45,322 nt of DNA from a virus (Duplodnaviria; Caudoviricetes), in IMG/VR virus record IMGVR_UViG_3300022407_001722, positions 1 through 45,322 of that record; one strand, written 5' to 3'. Of this stretch, positions 8,361 through 17,525 are shown one piece after another. How positions within the stretch are numbered: the first letter of the stretch is position 1; every line of letters begins with the position of its first letter. Made by a program: the position numbers and the translations under genes. Under the pieces are notes generated by a model. It did not search any database. It was not told the origin of the DNA and worked only from the letters and a program-made list of their open reading frames with translations.

Positions 8361-8660
8361 ATGCAACAAGAATTACAATTTGATGGTGCTGATTATGTAA
8401 AAGAAAGAGATTACCAAAGATTAGCAAATAACCATTATAAGCTAAAAGAGTTAATGAAAGACTCTGTTTATAGGACTCTTGGGGAAATATCTCATTTTAC
8501 CGGTATTCCTGAAGCTTCAGTATCTGCTGGGTTAAGGGATTTTAGGAAAGAAAAGTTTGGGGGCCATTCCTTGAATAAAAGATATGAAAAAAATGGTTTA
8601 TATTCGTACCAATTAATTCTTAAAAAAGAACAAAATGGCGAAAATCAAATCAGATCCTAG
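8361..8660 (+). CDS. Putative winged-HTH DNA-binding protein
   Basis: RTLGEISHFTGIPEASVSAGLRDFRK HTH-like segment. Confidence 0.7.
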   Translation: MQQELQFDGADYVKERDYQRLANNHYKLKELMKDSVYRTLGEISHFTGIPEASVSAGLRDFRKEKFGGHSLNKRYEKNGLYSYQLILKKEQNGENQIRS

Positions 8661-8757
8661 AAAAATTACATTTGGTAAAAGAAAGACAGGAAATGCAAAA
8701 AAAACTTATAACAAACACTCTCCCAAGCCTAAAGAATACAGAGGTCAGGGGAGATAA
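8635..8757 (+). CDS. Small basic protein ending YRGQGR (40 aa, not in ORF track)
   Basis: MAKIKSDPRKITFGKRKTGNAKKTYNKHSPKPKEYRGQGR*; C-terminal motif recalled from small phage proteins. Confidence 0.75.
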   Translation: MAKIKSDPRKITFGKRKTGNAKKTYNKHSPKPKEYRGQGR

Positions 8758-8767
8758 AAATTAAAAT

Positions 8768-9034
8768 ATGGATTTGGAATTAATTTTACAAATGGCCGAA
8801 GAATGTTTGGCATTAAAACCTGATGGGTTTGATGGAAGCACAGACGGTTATGATAAAGCTATTATTGGATTAACCGATAATGGTCAGCTCGTATATTCTA
8901 AAGAAATTATGGTTGATTTATTATTGAACATGGATACCGAAATGACAGAAGAAGATGCTTGGGAATTTTTAGAATATAATTGCTTCAATGCTTACGTTGG
9001 AGAACAAACACCAATTTTTGTAAATCAATACTAA
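8768..9034 (+). CDS. Conserved acidic phage protein
   Basis: DGYDKAIIG...EEDAWEFLEYN...AYVGEQTPIF pattern. Confidence 0.8.
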   Translation: MDLELILQMAEECLALKPDGFDGSTDGYDKAIIGLTDNGQLVYSKEIMVDLLLNMDTEMTEEDAWEFLEYNCFNAYVGEQTPIFVNQY

Positions 9035-9036
9035 CT

Positions 9037-9180
9037 ATGAATAACAAAGCCGCCAAAAAACTAAGAAGATTATCTGTTGCTTTAGCTGCCGGTTCAGGCA
9101 AAACTATTGATGATGCAGAAAGAATCTACAAAAATCTAAAAACAGTATATAAAGAAAATAAAAAAGCCCCTAAAAAATAG
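9037..9180 (+). CDS. Small basic protein (47 aa)
   Basis: MNNKAAKKLRRL...; the ATG at 9037 follows the upstream stop, so it is a better start than 8980. Confidence 0.65.
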   Translation: MNNKAAKKLRRLSVALAAGSGKTIDDAERIYKNLKTVYKENKKAPKK

Positions 9181-9190
9181 GGGCCTAATT
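9161..9190. terminator. Terminator between convergent genes
   Basis: GCCCCTA-N5-TAGGGGC (9166-9184) with an A-tract on the left, giving a U-tract on the - strand. Confidence 0.8.
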
Positions 9191-9193
9191 TAT

Positions 9194-9457
9194 TTAAGCG
9201 TTTGCAGCTGAATTAATTTGTGCTACAGTAGAAGTTGTATAAAACAATACTGGTACTTGATTTAAGCCAGTAGGTGCTACTTCAACTATTGAGTTCATAG
9301 TTACCCCGTTTGCTACTGTTCCAGAAGGAGCTGGGTAAGCTACAAATCCTTCAACTGGGAATCCGTATGCAATACCAGAAGTTGCTGGAGTTCCGTTAGG
9401 GTTTAATAAATCGTATTGATTTCTGCGATATGCGGTTATTGATACTATTTGTGCCAT
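9194..9457 (-). CDS. Putative virion decoration protein, paralog A (no Thr tail)
   Basis: Shares YRRNQYDLxNPNGTPATSG, VANGVxMNS and PxGLNQ with its neighbour; small-residue-rich composition. Confidence 0.7.
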   Translation of the reverse strand: MAQIVSITAYRRNQYDLLNPNGTPATSGIAYGFPVEGFVAYPAPSGTVANGVTMNSIVEVAPTGLNQVPVLFYTTSTVAQINSAANA

Positions 9458-9493
9458 TTTATAATGTTTTTATTTGTTTTTTAATTGTTTTGA

Positions 9494-9835
9494 TTAAGCT
9501 GCTGTAGTAGTTGTTGTGGTTGGAGCGGCTGTGGTTGTTGTTGTGGTAGATGTTGTTGTAGTTGTTGTAGCAATACCACTACCGTTAATAGCTGCAATTA
9601 ATCCAGCAACAGTTGCATTGCTGTATAATTTTTCAGCTGGTTGATTTAAACCACTAGGGTAGATGAGAATTAAAGAGTTCATCTGTACACCATTTGCTAC
9701 AACTGTAGATGGTTGAACCTGTAAGTCGGCTGTTGGTAAAGAAAATAAAACACCGCTAGTTGCAGGAGTACCGTTAGGATTTGTTAAATCGTATTGATTT
9801 CTACGATAAACATAAACTGATAAATGATTTGCCAT
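9494..9835 (-). CDS. Putative virion decoration protein, paralog B, with poly-Thr tail
   Basis: Paralog of 9194..9457 plus C-terminal TTTTTTSTTTTTTAAPTTTTTTAA. Confidence 0.7.
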   Translation of the reverse strand: MANHLSVYVYRRNQYDLTNPNGTPATSGVLFSLPTADLQVQPSTVVANGVQMNSLILIYPSGLNQPAEKLYSNATVAGLIAAINGSGIATTTTTTSTTTTTTAAPTTTTTTAA

Positions 9836-9878
9836 TTTTTAAATTGTTTTTATTGTTATGAATTTTTTTTGGGCAATA

Positions 9879-9953
9879 CAAATATAATGCATTTTATGCA
9901 ATTAAAAATTGATTAAGTTAATAAAATCACTACCTTTGAATTAAATTAATTAA
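9879..9953. promoter_or_regulatory. Divergent promoters with operator
   Basis: Leftward TATATTTG (9879-9886); rightward TTG(9909-9911)-N19-TACCTTTG(9931-9938); TGAATTAA-A-TTAATTAA at 9937-9953. Confidence 0.7.
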
Positions 9954-9955
9954 AT

Positions 9956-10651
9956 ATGAAATTAATCGCTCCGTCAAATAGAGTTATTATTAAAGTTGAT
10001 TTAGAAAGTAAAAACAGCCATACTTTTAAAGATGGTACTAAAATTAAGTTAGAAAGGGTTTATGATAACTTTAATATGCGTTATGTAAAACCAGTAAATG
10101 CAACAGTTGTAGCAGCTAAAGACATCCCAGAAGGTGCTGATATATTGATACACCATAATGCTACACATGACACATACAAACTTTTTAACTATTTAAGGCC
10201 AACAGCTGAAGCATCTTCTGATATTCAGTATTTTTCAATACCTATTGAAGAATGTTTTTTATGGAGGAATAGTCAGAATGAATCTTGGCAGCCACTTAAT
10301 AATTTTGTTACAGGATTAAGAGTTTTTGAGCCGTACAATGGATTTTTAGAAGGCATACCGCCTACTTTGATTAAGAATAAAATATATGTTACAAGCGGAG
10401 AATTAACTGGTAAAGTTGTAACTACATTAATATCAAGTGATTATGAGATTATTTATCAAAATGATGATGGTACTGAAGGAAGAATAATTAGATTAAGATA
10501 TTATCCAGAAGGACATGAAAGAAATGAGGTAATTGCTATTGATCATAATTTAACATCAAGAGTAATTAATAATGAAGTTTTAATTGGATATGGAATTTCT
10601 GATGCATCAAGATTAGTAATAACAACCCCTGACGTAATATGTCTGAATTAG
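9956..10651 (+). CDS. Protein with probable tandem GroES-like domains
   Basis: APSNRVIIK...ATVVAA...GADILIHH, then a second QPLNNFV start; beta-rich. Confidence 0.5.
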   Translation: MKLIAPSNRVIIKVDLESKNSHTFKDGTKIKLERVYDNFNMRYVKPVNATVVAAKDIPEGADILIHHNATHDTYKLFNYLRPTAEASSDIQYFSIPIEECFLWRNSQNESWQPLNNFVTGLRVFEPYNGFLEGIPPTLIKNKIYVTSGELTGKVVTTLISSDYEIIYQNDDGTEGRIIRLRYYPEGHERNEVIAIDHNLTSRVINNEVLIGYGISDASRLVITTPDVICLN

Positions 10652-11025
10652 AGCAAAAAATAAAAGAGTTAGAAAAATCAAATGCCTATTTAATGGGTAA
10701 ACTAGCTTATTATGAACAAGATGGTGCAATTAAGCTTTATTACAGTTTGCAAAGGAAGGCAAATGAAATGGCTGAGTTATTGAATAGGATTAATTTATTG
10801 GATATTGAATTAATTGATCCTAAAGACAAATCTTTTGAAAGATTGCAGAAACTTTGGTCTGAAGCTGGTACAATTACTGAGTCTATTAGGGCATTGGAAA
10901 TATCCGCTGGTATTAATCAAGAAAGTAAAGAGGCTAAAAAAGAGGCAATTGTAGTAAATAAAAGACCATTTTCACCAGAAAGTGTTGCTGATGAGATTGG
11001 TGAATTAGCAGGCAAACGCTCATAA
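10639..11025 (+). CDS. Putative terminase small subunit
   Basis: Helical 128 aa protein immediately upstream of TerL (positional inference). Confidence 0.5.
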   Translation: MSELEQKIKELEKSNAYLMGKLAYYEQDGAIKLYYSLQRKANEMAELLNRINLLDIELIDPKDKSFERLQKLWSEAGTITESIRALEISAGINQESKEAKKEAIVVNKRPFSPESVADEIGELAGKRS

Positions 11026-11026
11026 T

Positions 11027-13075
11027 ATGTACGAAAAAATTGAAAAAGGTTCCACGATTCACATTCAGGGGTTAGATTGTAATCTCCCACCTGAAGGATA
11101 TGTATTTAATATATTGACTAAGCAGGTTGAGTTTAGAGGCGTTTATCAAAGGTCGGATGTTCAATCGGAGCAATACTGGAAAAGAATACCGCTACCATCT
11201 TGGTATGCGGATGCTATGAAAGAATGGGACGAGTATGATAAAAAGAAAAAAGATGAGGCTCCGGAGTTCTATGATGAGAAGTTGGAAGATTTTAAGAAGC
11301 AAGAGTGGGATAGGAGATTGAATGGCTTTTGGTATATGAATAATGGGAAACCGACTTATTTGACTGGTATGCACTATTTGTATTTGCAATGGTGGAGTAT
11401 AGATATTGGTTATCCTAAATTCAGGATGCCAGACTTAGAGAAGTTCTATTTTATGGACTATTGCATACAAGATCCACTTTGTATGGGTATGTTAGAAGTT
11501 ACAAAAAGACGTTTTGGTAAGTCTTTCGTAGCTGGTTTGTTTGTTACAGAATATACCACCAGAACCAAAATGACAAATGGTGGTATTCAATCTAAAACCG
11601 GTTCGGATGCTAAAAAGTTCTTTGCTAAGACGGTTGTAAATCCATTTAGAAGGCTTCCTAAGTTTTTTAGACCTGAATATGATATGTCTTTGGGGGTTAA
11701 TCCAAAGTCTGAAATGAGATTCCAGAAAACAAACGTGAGAGGTAAAAAGGCAGAGGATAATGTAGATAAAGATGAATTAGGTTCAGTTATTGACCATCAG
11801 TCTGCTGATACAGTTGCTTATGATGGACAAAAATTACATAGATATGTAGCGGATGAGTGCGGTAAAACAACTGAAGTAAACGTATATGATAGACACGAGG
11901 TTGTACGTTATTGTTTGTTAGATGATGAAGGTAAAATAATTGGTAAAGCTCTTTATACTACTACTGTAGAAAAGCTTACATCTGAAAAAGATGGAGTTCA
12001 GGATGCATTTAAGTTGCTATGGGAAGAAAGTAATCAGGAGAAAAGACAGCAAAATGGAGCTACATCAAGTGGTTTGTATAGATTTTTTATGTCTGCTAAA
12101 AGAACAAGAAACTTTGATGATTTTGGATTTCCGGATGAAGAAAAAACATTGTTGCAAATTGAAGCAGATAGAGAAACGGTTAAAAACAACCCAAGAGCAT
12201 TGTCGGCTCGTATTAGAAAAGAGCCATTAACGATTGATGAGGCCTTTAGTACTGATGCTGACGGCTGTATTTTTAATGTAATGAATATTAGCGCAAGAGA
12301 GTCTTATTTAAAAGAAAATCCCGTATTGAAGCGCCATATTGTATTTTACAGAGATATTGACCAAACTGTAAAATGGAGAAATATAAACGATAAAGAAGAA
12401 GATTTTCATTGGGTTATTACTCAATTTCCACCTGTTGGAAAAGAGAACAGCCATGTGTTTGATATTAGAACAAAAAAGCCCGGAAGGACAGATGATGGCG
12501 CTATTGCAATAGATGGATATAGTAATAGTCAAGGTGGAAAATATGGTTCAAAAGCATCCGCTTGGATTGGCAGAAGGTACAATTTGTTAGATCCATCTAG
12601 TACAGGTAAGGCTATTGGGCATTTGTATGGTAGGCCTCATATAAAAGAAACATTACACGAACAAGTGCTTTTGGCTGCTGAATATTATGGTTATCAAGCG
12701 TGGTACGAGCATAATAGTGATGATTATTTATCTTATTTTAGGGAGAGAGGCAGAGTTGGGTATTTAGGTTCTTACCCTATTTCTACAATAGATCCAGCAA
12801 AAAGAGAAACGGCAGAAAGACATAAGGGGTTTCCTACTACTCCATTTAGTTTAACAAAACAAGCGGATGTTGGTATTATGTACTTTGAATCTCATATTAA
12901 TTCTATAGATTTTGAGAATTTATTAGAAGATGCCAAAAAATTTGATCCGAATAACAGAACAGACTATGACATCACTGTATCATTTTTGATGCTTATTGTT
13001 TGTTTGATGGAGCCTGTTATAAAACCTCCAAAAAGGGAACCATTGGTAAAAAGCTACGTTCCTTCTTTCAATTAA
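11027..13075 (+). CDS. terL: Terminase large subunit
   Basis: YLTGMHYLYLQW; Walker A TKRRFGKS; Walker B YVADECGK; EAF; RNase H-like AIDGY...SKAS and TDYD. Confidence 0.92.
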   Translation: MYEKIEKGSTIHIQGLDCNLPPEGYVFNILTKQVEFRGVYQRSDVQSEQYWKRIPLPSWYADAMKEWDEYDKKKKDEAPEFYDEKLEDFKKQEWDRRLNGFWYMNNGKPTYLTGMHYLYLQWWSIDIGYPKFRMPDLEKFYFMDYCIQDPLCMGMLEVTKRRFGKSFVAGLFVTEYTTRTKMTNGGIQSKTGSDAKKFFAKTVVNPFRRLPKFFRPEYDMSLGVNPKSEMRFQKTNVRGKKAEDNVDKDELGSVIDHQSADTVAYDGQKLHRYVADECGKTTEVNVYDRHEVVRYCLLDDEGKIIGKALYTTTVEKLTSEKDGVQDAFKLLWEESNQEKRQQNGATSSGLYRFFMSAKRTRNFDDFGFPDEEKTLLQIEADRETVKNNPRALSARIRKEPLTIDEAFSTDADGCIFNVMNISARESYLKENPVLKRHIVFYRDIDQTVKWRNINDKEEDFHWVITQFPPVGKENSHVFDIRTKKPGRTDDGAIAIDGYSNSQGGKYGSKASAWIGRRYNLLDPSSTGKAIGHLYGRPHIKETLHEQVLLAAEYYGYQAWYEHNSDDYLSYFRERGRVGYLGSYPISTIDPAKRETAERHKGFPTTPFSLTKQADVGIMYFESHINSIDFENLLEDAKKFDPNNRTDYDITVSFLMLIVCLMEPVIKPPKREPLVKSYVPSFN

Positions 13076-13106
13076 TTAAAATTTTTATTAAATTCTGGAT
13101 ATTTAG

Positions 13107-13114
13107 TATATTTG
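13107..13114 (+). promoter_or_regulatory. -7 promoter box upstream of portal
   Basis: TATATTTG in the intergenic region. Confidence 0.65.
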
Positions 13115-13132
13115 ACACAAAATATATTCAAA

Positions 13133-15529
13133 TTGGCAGAGAGTCCTTTATACATATCCTCGGCAAATAGTAGTGGGCAGTCACTTAAAGACTTCCAAAT
13201 TACTACTGATGTAGCGTCTAAAAAAGATTATTTATACGGTAAAAATGTTGCCCAAAATATCTATTCTACAATTTATGGTAACCAAACTTATTTTTGGTTA
13301 AGAAATAATAGATTTAGAAAAAATAGACAAATTGCCAACGGTAAAGTAGACATGAGTGTGTTTATGGACCGATTGGAAATGAATGGTAAAGCCAATTTCG
13401 TAAATATTAACTGGAAATCAATCATTATAGGCAACACTATTGTTGCTAGATTAGTTGGCTCTTGGATGAGTCGCAAAGAAAAAATTAAAGTTTCTGCTAA
13501 TGATTCCGCATCTGCAATGCTTAAACAAAGACAAGCAGATGAAGCTGAATTTTTATACAAAAATAAAGAAACACTTGCTCAACTTCAGCAAGAATCTGGT
13601 GTTGAAATTATTCCGAAAGATAAGTTTGTTGCAGAAGATAGGGACGAGTTGGATCAATGGATAATGGAGTTTAATCATTTGCCTGAAGAAATATTGTATA
13701 GCATTGGTTGTAATAATGTTTTTGAAGCTAATGGTTGGAATGATGTTTTAAAACAAAGACTGTTGCATGATTCAGCAGAGGTTGGATTAGTGTGTACATA
13801 TACTTGGATGGACGAAGAAGGAGAAGTCCATGTACAATGGATTAGACCTGAAAACGCAATTTATTCATATTCTGATTTTCCTGATTTTAGAGATACTACT
13901 TACAGAGGGCATGTCCTTTCAATGAAAATTAGTGAAATAAGAGCAAGGTATAGTAAAGCAGCAGGAGGAATACTTTCTGAAGAAGAAATTTTTCAGTTAG
14001 CTCAATCATCAAAAGAGTATCAACTTACGGATAAAATTAAGTGGATGCAGGATTGGAATGTTTCTTGGTTAAGACCTTATGATGAATGGAATATTGATTT
14101 AGTAAATTTTGAAATTCGTACACTTGATTCTGATGGCTATACTGTTACAAAAACAAAAAAGAATGGTAGTACTATTATCAAAAAAGGTAAGCCAGAAAAA
14201 TTAGATGAAAATCAAGAATATTTAGAGGAAAAGAAGTGGAACATTTATCATGGAGTTTATTGCCCAGTAACGCAAACAATGCTTCATTGGGGTATTAAGA
14301 AAAACATGATTCGTCCACAAGATCCAAAAGAAATAGGTAACGCAGAGTTTTCTTACAGCTTTTATATGTATGATCCTTATGACATGCGTAACGTAGCTGT
14401 ACCAGAAAAAATTGAGGAACCTATTGAGCAAATGATTTTAGCTAGATTAAAGATACAACAACTTGTAGCTAAGATGGTTCCGGCAGGTGCAGCAATTGAC
14501 GTTGATGCACTTCAAGAACTTGATTTAGGTTTAGGTGATTCTGTAAAGCCTATTGATGTTCAAAAAATTTGGGAACAAACAGGTAAACTTTATTATCGTG
14601 GTAGAGATGCTGAAGGTAATCGTATTCCTGTTCCTATTACTGAGTTGGCTAATACAGGATTTTCACCTCAATTACAAGCTTTAATTCAGTTATATCAATT
14701 CCATTATCAAGTATTAAAAGACGAGTTAGGTGAAGATCCTAATTTAATGAGCCAAGCTGCACAACCAAGAGTAGCTGCTTCTAATATTGAGGCTTCAAGA
14801 GTTCTTGCCAATAACGCTACCGAGTATATGTATGATGCATATATTTATGTTATGGAAGAAACAGCCAAAAAAGTAGCATGTTTAATTAATAAAAGTGTTA
14901 CTCATGGTTCTAAAAGATATAGGGATTTGTTAAGTGAAGATGATGTAAAAGACAGGAATTTTGTTGCTTCTATAAAGATGATGCCTGATGATATTCAAGT
15001 AGCAACATTACAGGCTATGATGAATAATGCAATTGCGTCTAATCCTCAATTAGTTATTTATTTAGATCCATTCAAAGCAATGAGAATGGCTAAAGAAAAT
15101 GTAGAACTGGGGGAATTATATTTTAGACAAGCTCAAAAGAGATATATAAAAATAGAGCAAGAAAAGGCTATGATTAATTCTCAGCAAAATGCTGAAGCGC
15201 AACAAGCTAGTATTCAGGCAAAAATGCAAGCTGATAGCTCTATTGAACAGCAAAGGTCTTTAACAAAAGAAAAGGAAATTATTTTACAAGGCGTTTTTGA
15301 TCTTGCAAAAGCAAATATTCCTGTACCAGCAGAACTTCAGACATTGGTTGCGAATATGTTACAGAATGTAACTGTTCCGATAGCAGTTCAAAATCAGCAA
15401 CAACAGCAAGCATTGGCTCAACAACAACAAGCTGAAATGGAGCAAATGCAACAGCAGGAAATGGAGCAAGGTTCTCAAGAGCAACAAATGGAACCTGAAA
15501 TGCAAGAACAAATGGAAATACAACAATAA
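13133..15529 (+). CDS. Portal protein
   Basis: About 800 aa following TerL, crAss-like portal features, Q/E/M-rich C-terminus; start moved to in-frame TTG 13133 because the TTG at 13112 lies inside the promoter box. Confidence 0.85.
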   Translation: MAESPLYISSANSSGQSLKDFQITTDVASKKDYLYGKNVAQNIYSTIYGNQTYFWLRNNRFRKNRQIANGKVDMSVFMDRLEMNGKANFVNINWKSIIIGNTIVARLVGSWMSRKEKIKVSANDSASAMLKQRQADEAEFLYKNKETLAQLQQESGVEIIPKDKFVAEDRDELDQWIMEFNHLPEEILYSIGCNNVFEANGWNDVLKQRLLHDSAEVGLVCTYTWMDEEGEVHVQWIRPENAIYSYSDFPDFRDTTYRGHVLSMKISEIRARYSKAAGGILSEEEIFQLAQSSKEYQLTDKIKWMQDWNVSWLRPYDEWNIDLVNFEIRTLDSDGYTVTKTKKNGSTIIKKGKPEKLDENQEYLEEKKWNIYHGVYCPVTQTMLHWGIKKNMIRPQDPKEIGNAEFSYSFYMYDPYDMRNVAVPEKIEEPIEQMILARLKIQQLVAKMVPAGAAIDVDALQELDLGLGDSVKPIDVQKIWEQTGKLYYRGRDAEGNRIPVPITELANTGFSPQLQALIQLYQFHYQVLKDELGEDPNLMSQAAQPRVAASNIEASRVLANNATEYMYDAYIYVMEETAKKVACLINKSVTHGSKRYRDLLSEDDVKDRNFVASIKMMPDDIQVATLQAMMNNAIASNPQLVIYLDPFKAMRMAKENVELGELYFRQAQKRYIKIEQEKAMINSQQNAEAQQASIQAKMQADSSIEQQRSLTKEKEIILQGVFDLAKANIPVPAELQTLVANMLQNVTVPIAVQNQQQQQALAQQQQAEMEQMQQQEMEQGSQEQQMEPEMQEQMEIQQ

Positions 15530-15551
15530 ATAAACTATAAAAAAAAATAAA

Positions 15552-15968
15552 ATGGCAACAGCAAGCAAGATTTTAATAAGACTTCAAAAATTTAGTTCTA
15601 AAATTAGTACAGTTGTAGATGCGACTGATTCTTTTAATGCTAATAACAGTTTTTACCAAGATTTATCTGGTTGGGACTCAGCTGTAGTTCAAGTGGTAAA
15701 TCCGGGTACTACGATTCTTTTTAATACAACAAATGACGATGGAGCTATTACAGGTCAATTATTACCTGCTCCAGAAGTTCCATTATATTGGAGTTCTGTT
15801 TTAGGTGTTAATTTAGCTACCAAGACAGATGTTTCATCATTAGCAAGTAGTGGAATTGTTGCTTTTGGAATTATTGGAAAGTATTTGCAATTAATTAATT
15901 CTGCTTCAACAACAACAACAACAACAACAACGGCAGCACCTACTACAACAACAACGACTGCCCCATAA
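15552..15968 (+). CDS. Putative structural protein with poly-Thr tail
   Basis: Between portal and scaffold; ends STTTTTTTTAAPTTTTTTAP. Confidence 0.7.
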   Translation: MATASKILIRLQKFSSKISTVVDATDSFNANNSFYQDLSGWDSAVVQVVNPGTTILFNTTNDDGAITGQLLPAPEVPLYWSSVLGVNLATKTDVSSLASSGIVAFGIIGKYLQLINSASTTTTTTTTAAPTTTTTTAP

Positions 15969-15992
15969 TAATTAAATAAAAATAAAAATAAA

Positions 15993-16259
15993 ATGGCAAA
16001 TTCAGTAGCATATATTTTATCTAAAAATACATATCCAACAGCTGGGGAAGCTTATAATGTTGGAGTTTTACAAGGAACCAGAATAGTTTATGCAACTACC
16101 GCAACTTTGAGCGGCGCTAGTATTCTATATACTGAAAGTGACTTAATACAACCAGTATACGGAAACGGTTCCGATTGGTATGGTGTTCAGTTGCTAACAA
16201 ATACTGGTGTTAAATATGCCATTACAATTGATGTAGATGGCTCTATAGTTATAGATTAA
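15993..16259 (+). CDS. Putative small structural protein
   Basis: 88 aa, beta-rich, in the head module. Confidence 0.65.
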   Translation: MANSVAYILSKNTYPTAGEAYNVGVLQGTRIVYATTATLSGASILYTESDLIQPVYGNGSDWYGVQLLTNTGVKYAITIDVDGSIVID

Positions 16260-16283
16260 TAACGAAAAACAAAATAAGCATTT

Positions 16284-17477
16284 ATGCTAGAAAATCAAGA
16301 CATGTCAGCTCCAATAAAGCTGGCAGAAGGTTACAATCCGTTTTCGGATGAAGATGTTGCTCCACAAGCGCAACCGCAAGTAGAAGTAGCCCCTACTGCA
16401 AATGATCAACAAATCGTTGATAATTCACCTAACACATCTCCGGATTCAATTGTTAGTGATAATCAACAAACACAACAGGCTGATTATTCTACTTTTAATC
16501 CAGATTCTTTTATAAAAGAAAGATTTGGATTTGATACAGTAGATGAAGCCGAAGAAGAATTTATTAGATTAATTGAAGAAAGAGAGCAATCTCCTAGTTT
16601 TGATTTTTCTGATGATGTTAGTAGAACATTGTTTGATGCAATTAGAGAAGGCAAAACTGATGAAGTTTATCAAATTTTAAACGAACAAAAAAAACTTGAT
16701 AAATTAACTAGTTCTGAATTAACAACAGAAATCGCTGCTGAAATTGTAAAAACAAATATTCAAAACAAGTTTAAGGATTTAAGTGCAGATGAAGTTGATC
16801 TTTTATTTTATGATCAATTTTTCGTACCTTTGAAACCCGAACAAGGTTATGATGAAACTGATGATGATTATGCTGAAAAGTTAAAGACATGGCAGGCACA
16901 AGCTGATTACACAGAGAAACGTCTGATGATTGAAGCAAAAGTGCTTAGACCTGAAATAGCGAAGTTAAAAAGTGAAATAAAACTACCAGATATTTATAAT
17001 GAGGCCGGTAGGGAGGCGCAATATCAAGAGGAATTTGAATATTTGCAACAAGCTAGGTCTGTTTATGAAAGAACGCTGGATTCTGAATTTCAATCTTTTA
17101 ATGGGTTTAATGTTTCGGTTAAAGACAATGATGTTGAAATACCGATTTCATTTAACATAGCAGAAGATGAGAAATTCGCATTGAAGCAAGAACTGTCAGA
17201 TTTTGACGGCGAAGCTTATTTAGAGGACAGATGGTTTAACGAAGAAGGAAAACCAAATGTAAGACAAATAATGGCCGACAAGTATGTTCTTGAAAATTTG
17301 CCTAGAATTTTGCAAAAGGTAGCAAATGAAGCAGCATCTCAAAGATTGCTCGCTCATTTAAAGAAAAGTGGTAACATTAGCCTTAACCAAAACCCCACTC
17401 CGCAAGGAACGGCTCCAAGCCTTAATCCAAATGCTTCTATTCAGGAGCAATTGGCTAACTGGGCTTTTAGTTCGTAA
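16284..17477 (+). CDS. Putative capsid scaffolding protein
   Basis: Very acidic, helical, disordered N-terminus, directly upstream of the major capsid gene. Confidence 0.7.
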   Translation: MLENQDMSAPIKLAEGYNPFSDEDVAPQAQPQVEVAPTANDQQIVDNSPNTSPDSIVSDNQQTQQADYSTFNPDSFIKERFGFDTVDEAEEEFIRLIEEREQSPSFDFSDDVSRTLFDAIREGKTDEVYQILNEQKKLDKLTSSELTTEIAAEIVKTNIQNKFKDLSADEVDLLFYDQFFVPLKPEQGYDETDDDYAEKLKTWQAQADYTEKRLMIEAKVLRPEIAKLKSEIKLPDIYNEAGREAQYQEEFEYLQQARSVYERTLDSEFQSFNGFNVSVKDNDVEIPISFNIAEDEKFALKQELSDFDGEAYLEDRWFNEEGKPNVRQIMADKYVLENLPRILQKVANEAASQRLLAHLKKSGNISLNQNPTPQGTAPSLNPNASIQEQLANWAFSS

Positions 17478-17525
17478 CTTAAATTTTGCCCTTGGAGAAG
17501 GTGTTAAGATTAAAAACTAAATATT

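Noticed and set aside
13112-13132. ORF-track start of portal
   Set aside because: This TTG is part of the TATATTTG promoter box; TTG at 13133 has a better context
15390-15529. Gln/Glu/Met-rich low-complexity portal tail
   Set aside because: Common in podovirus portals and unrelated to the Thr tails
15909-15929. (ACA)n microsatellite as an assembly artefact explaining the Thr tails
   Set aside because: The tails use mixed Thr codons and share the AAP motif at separate loci on both strands
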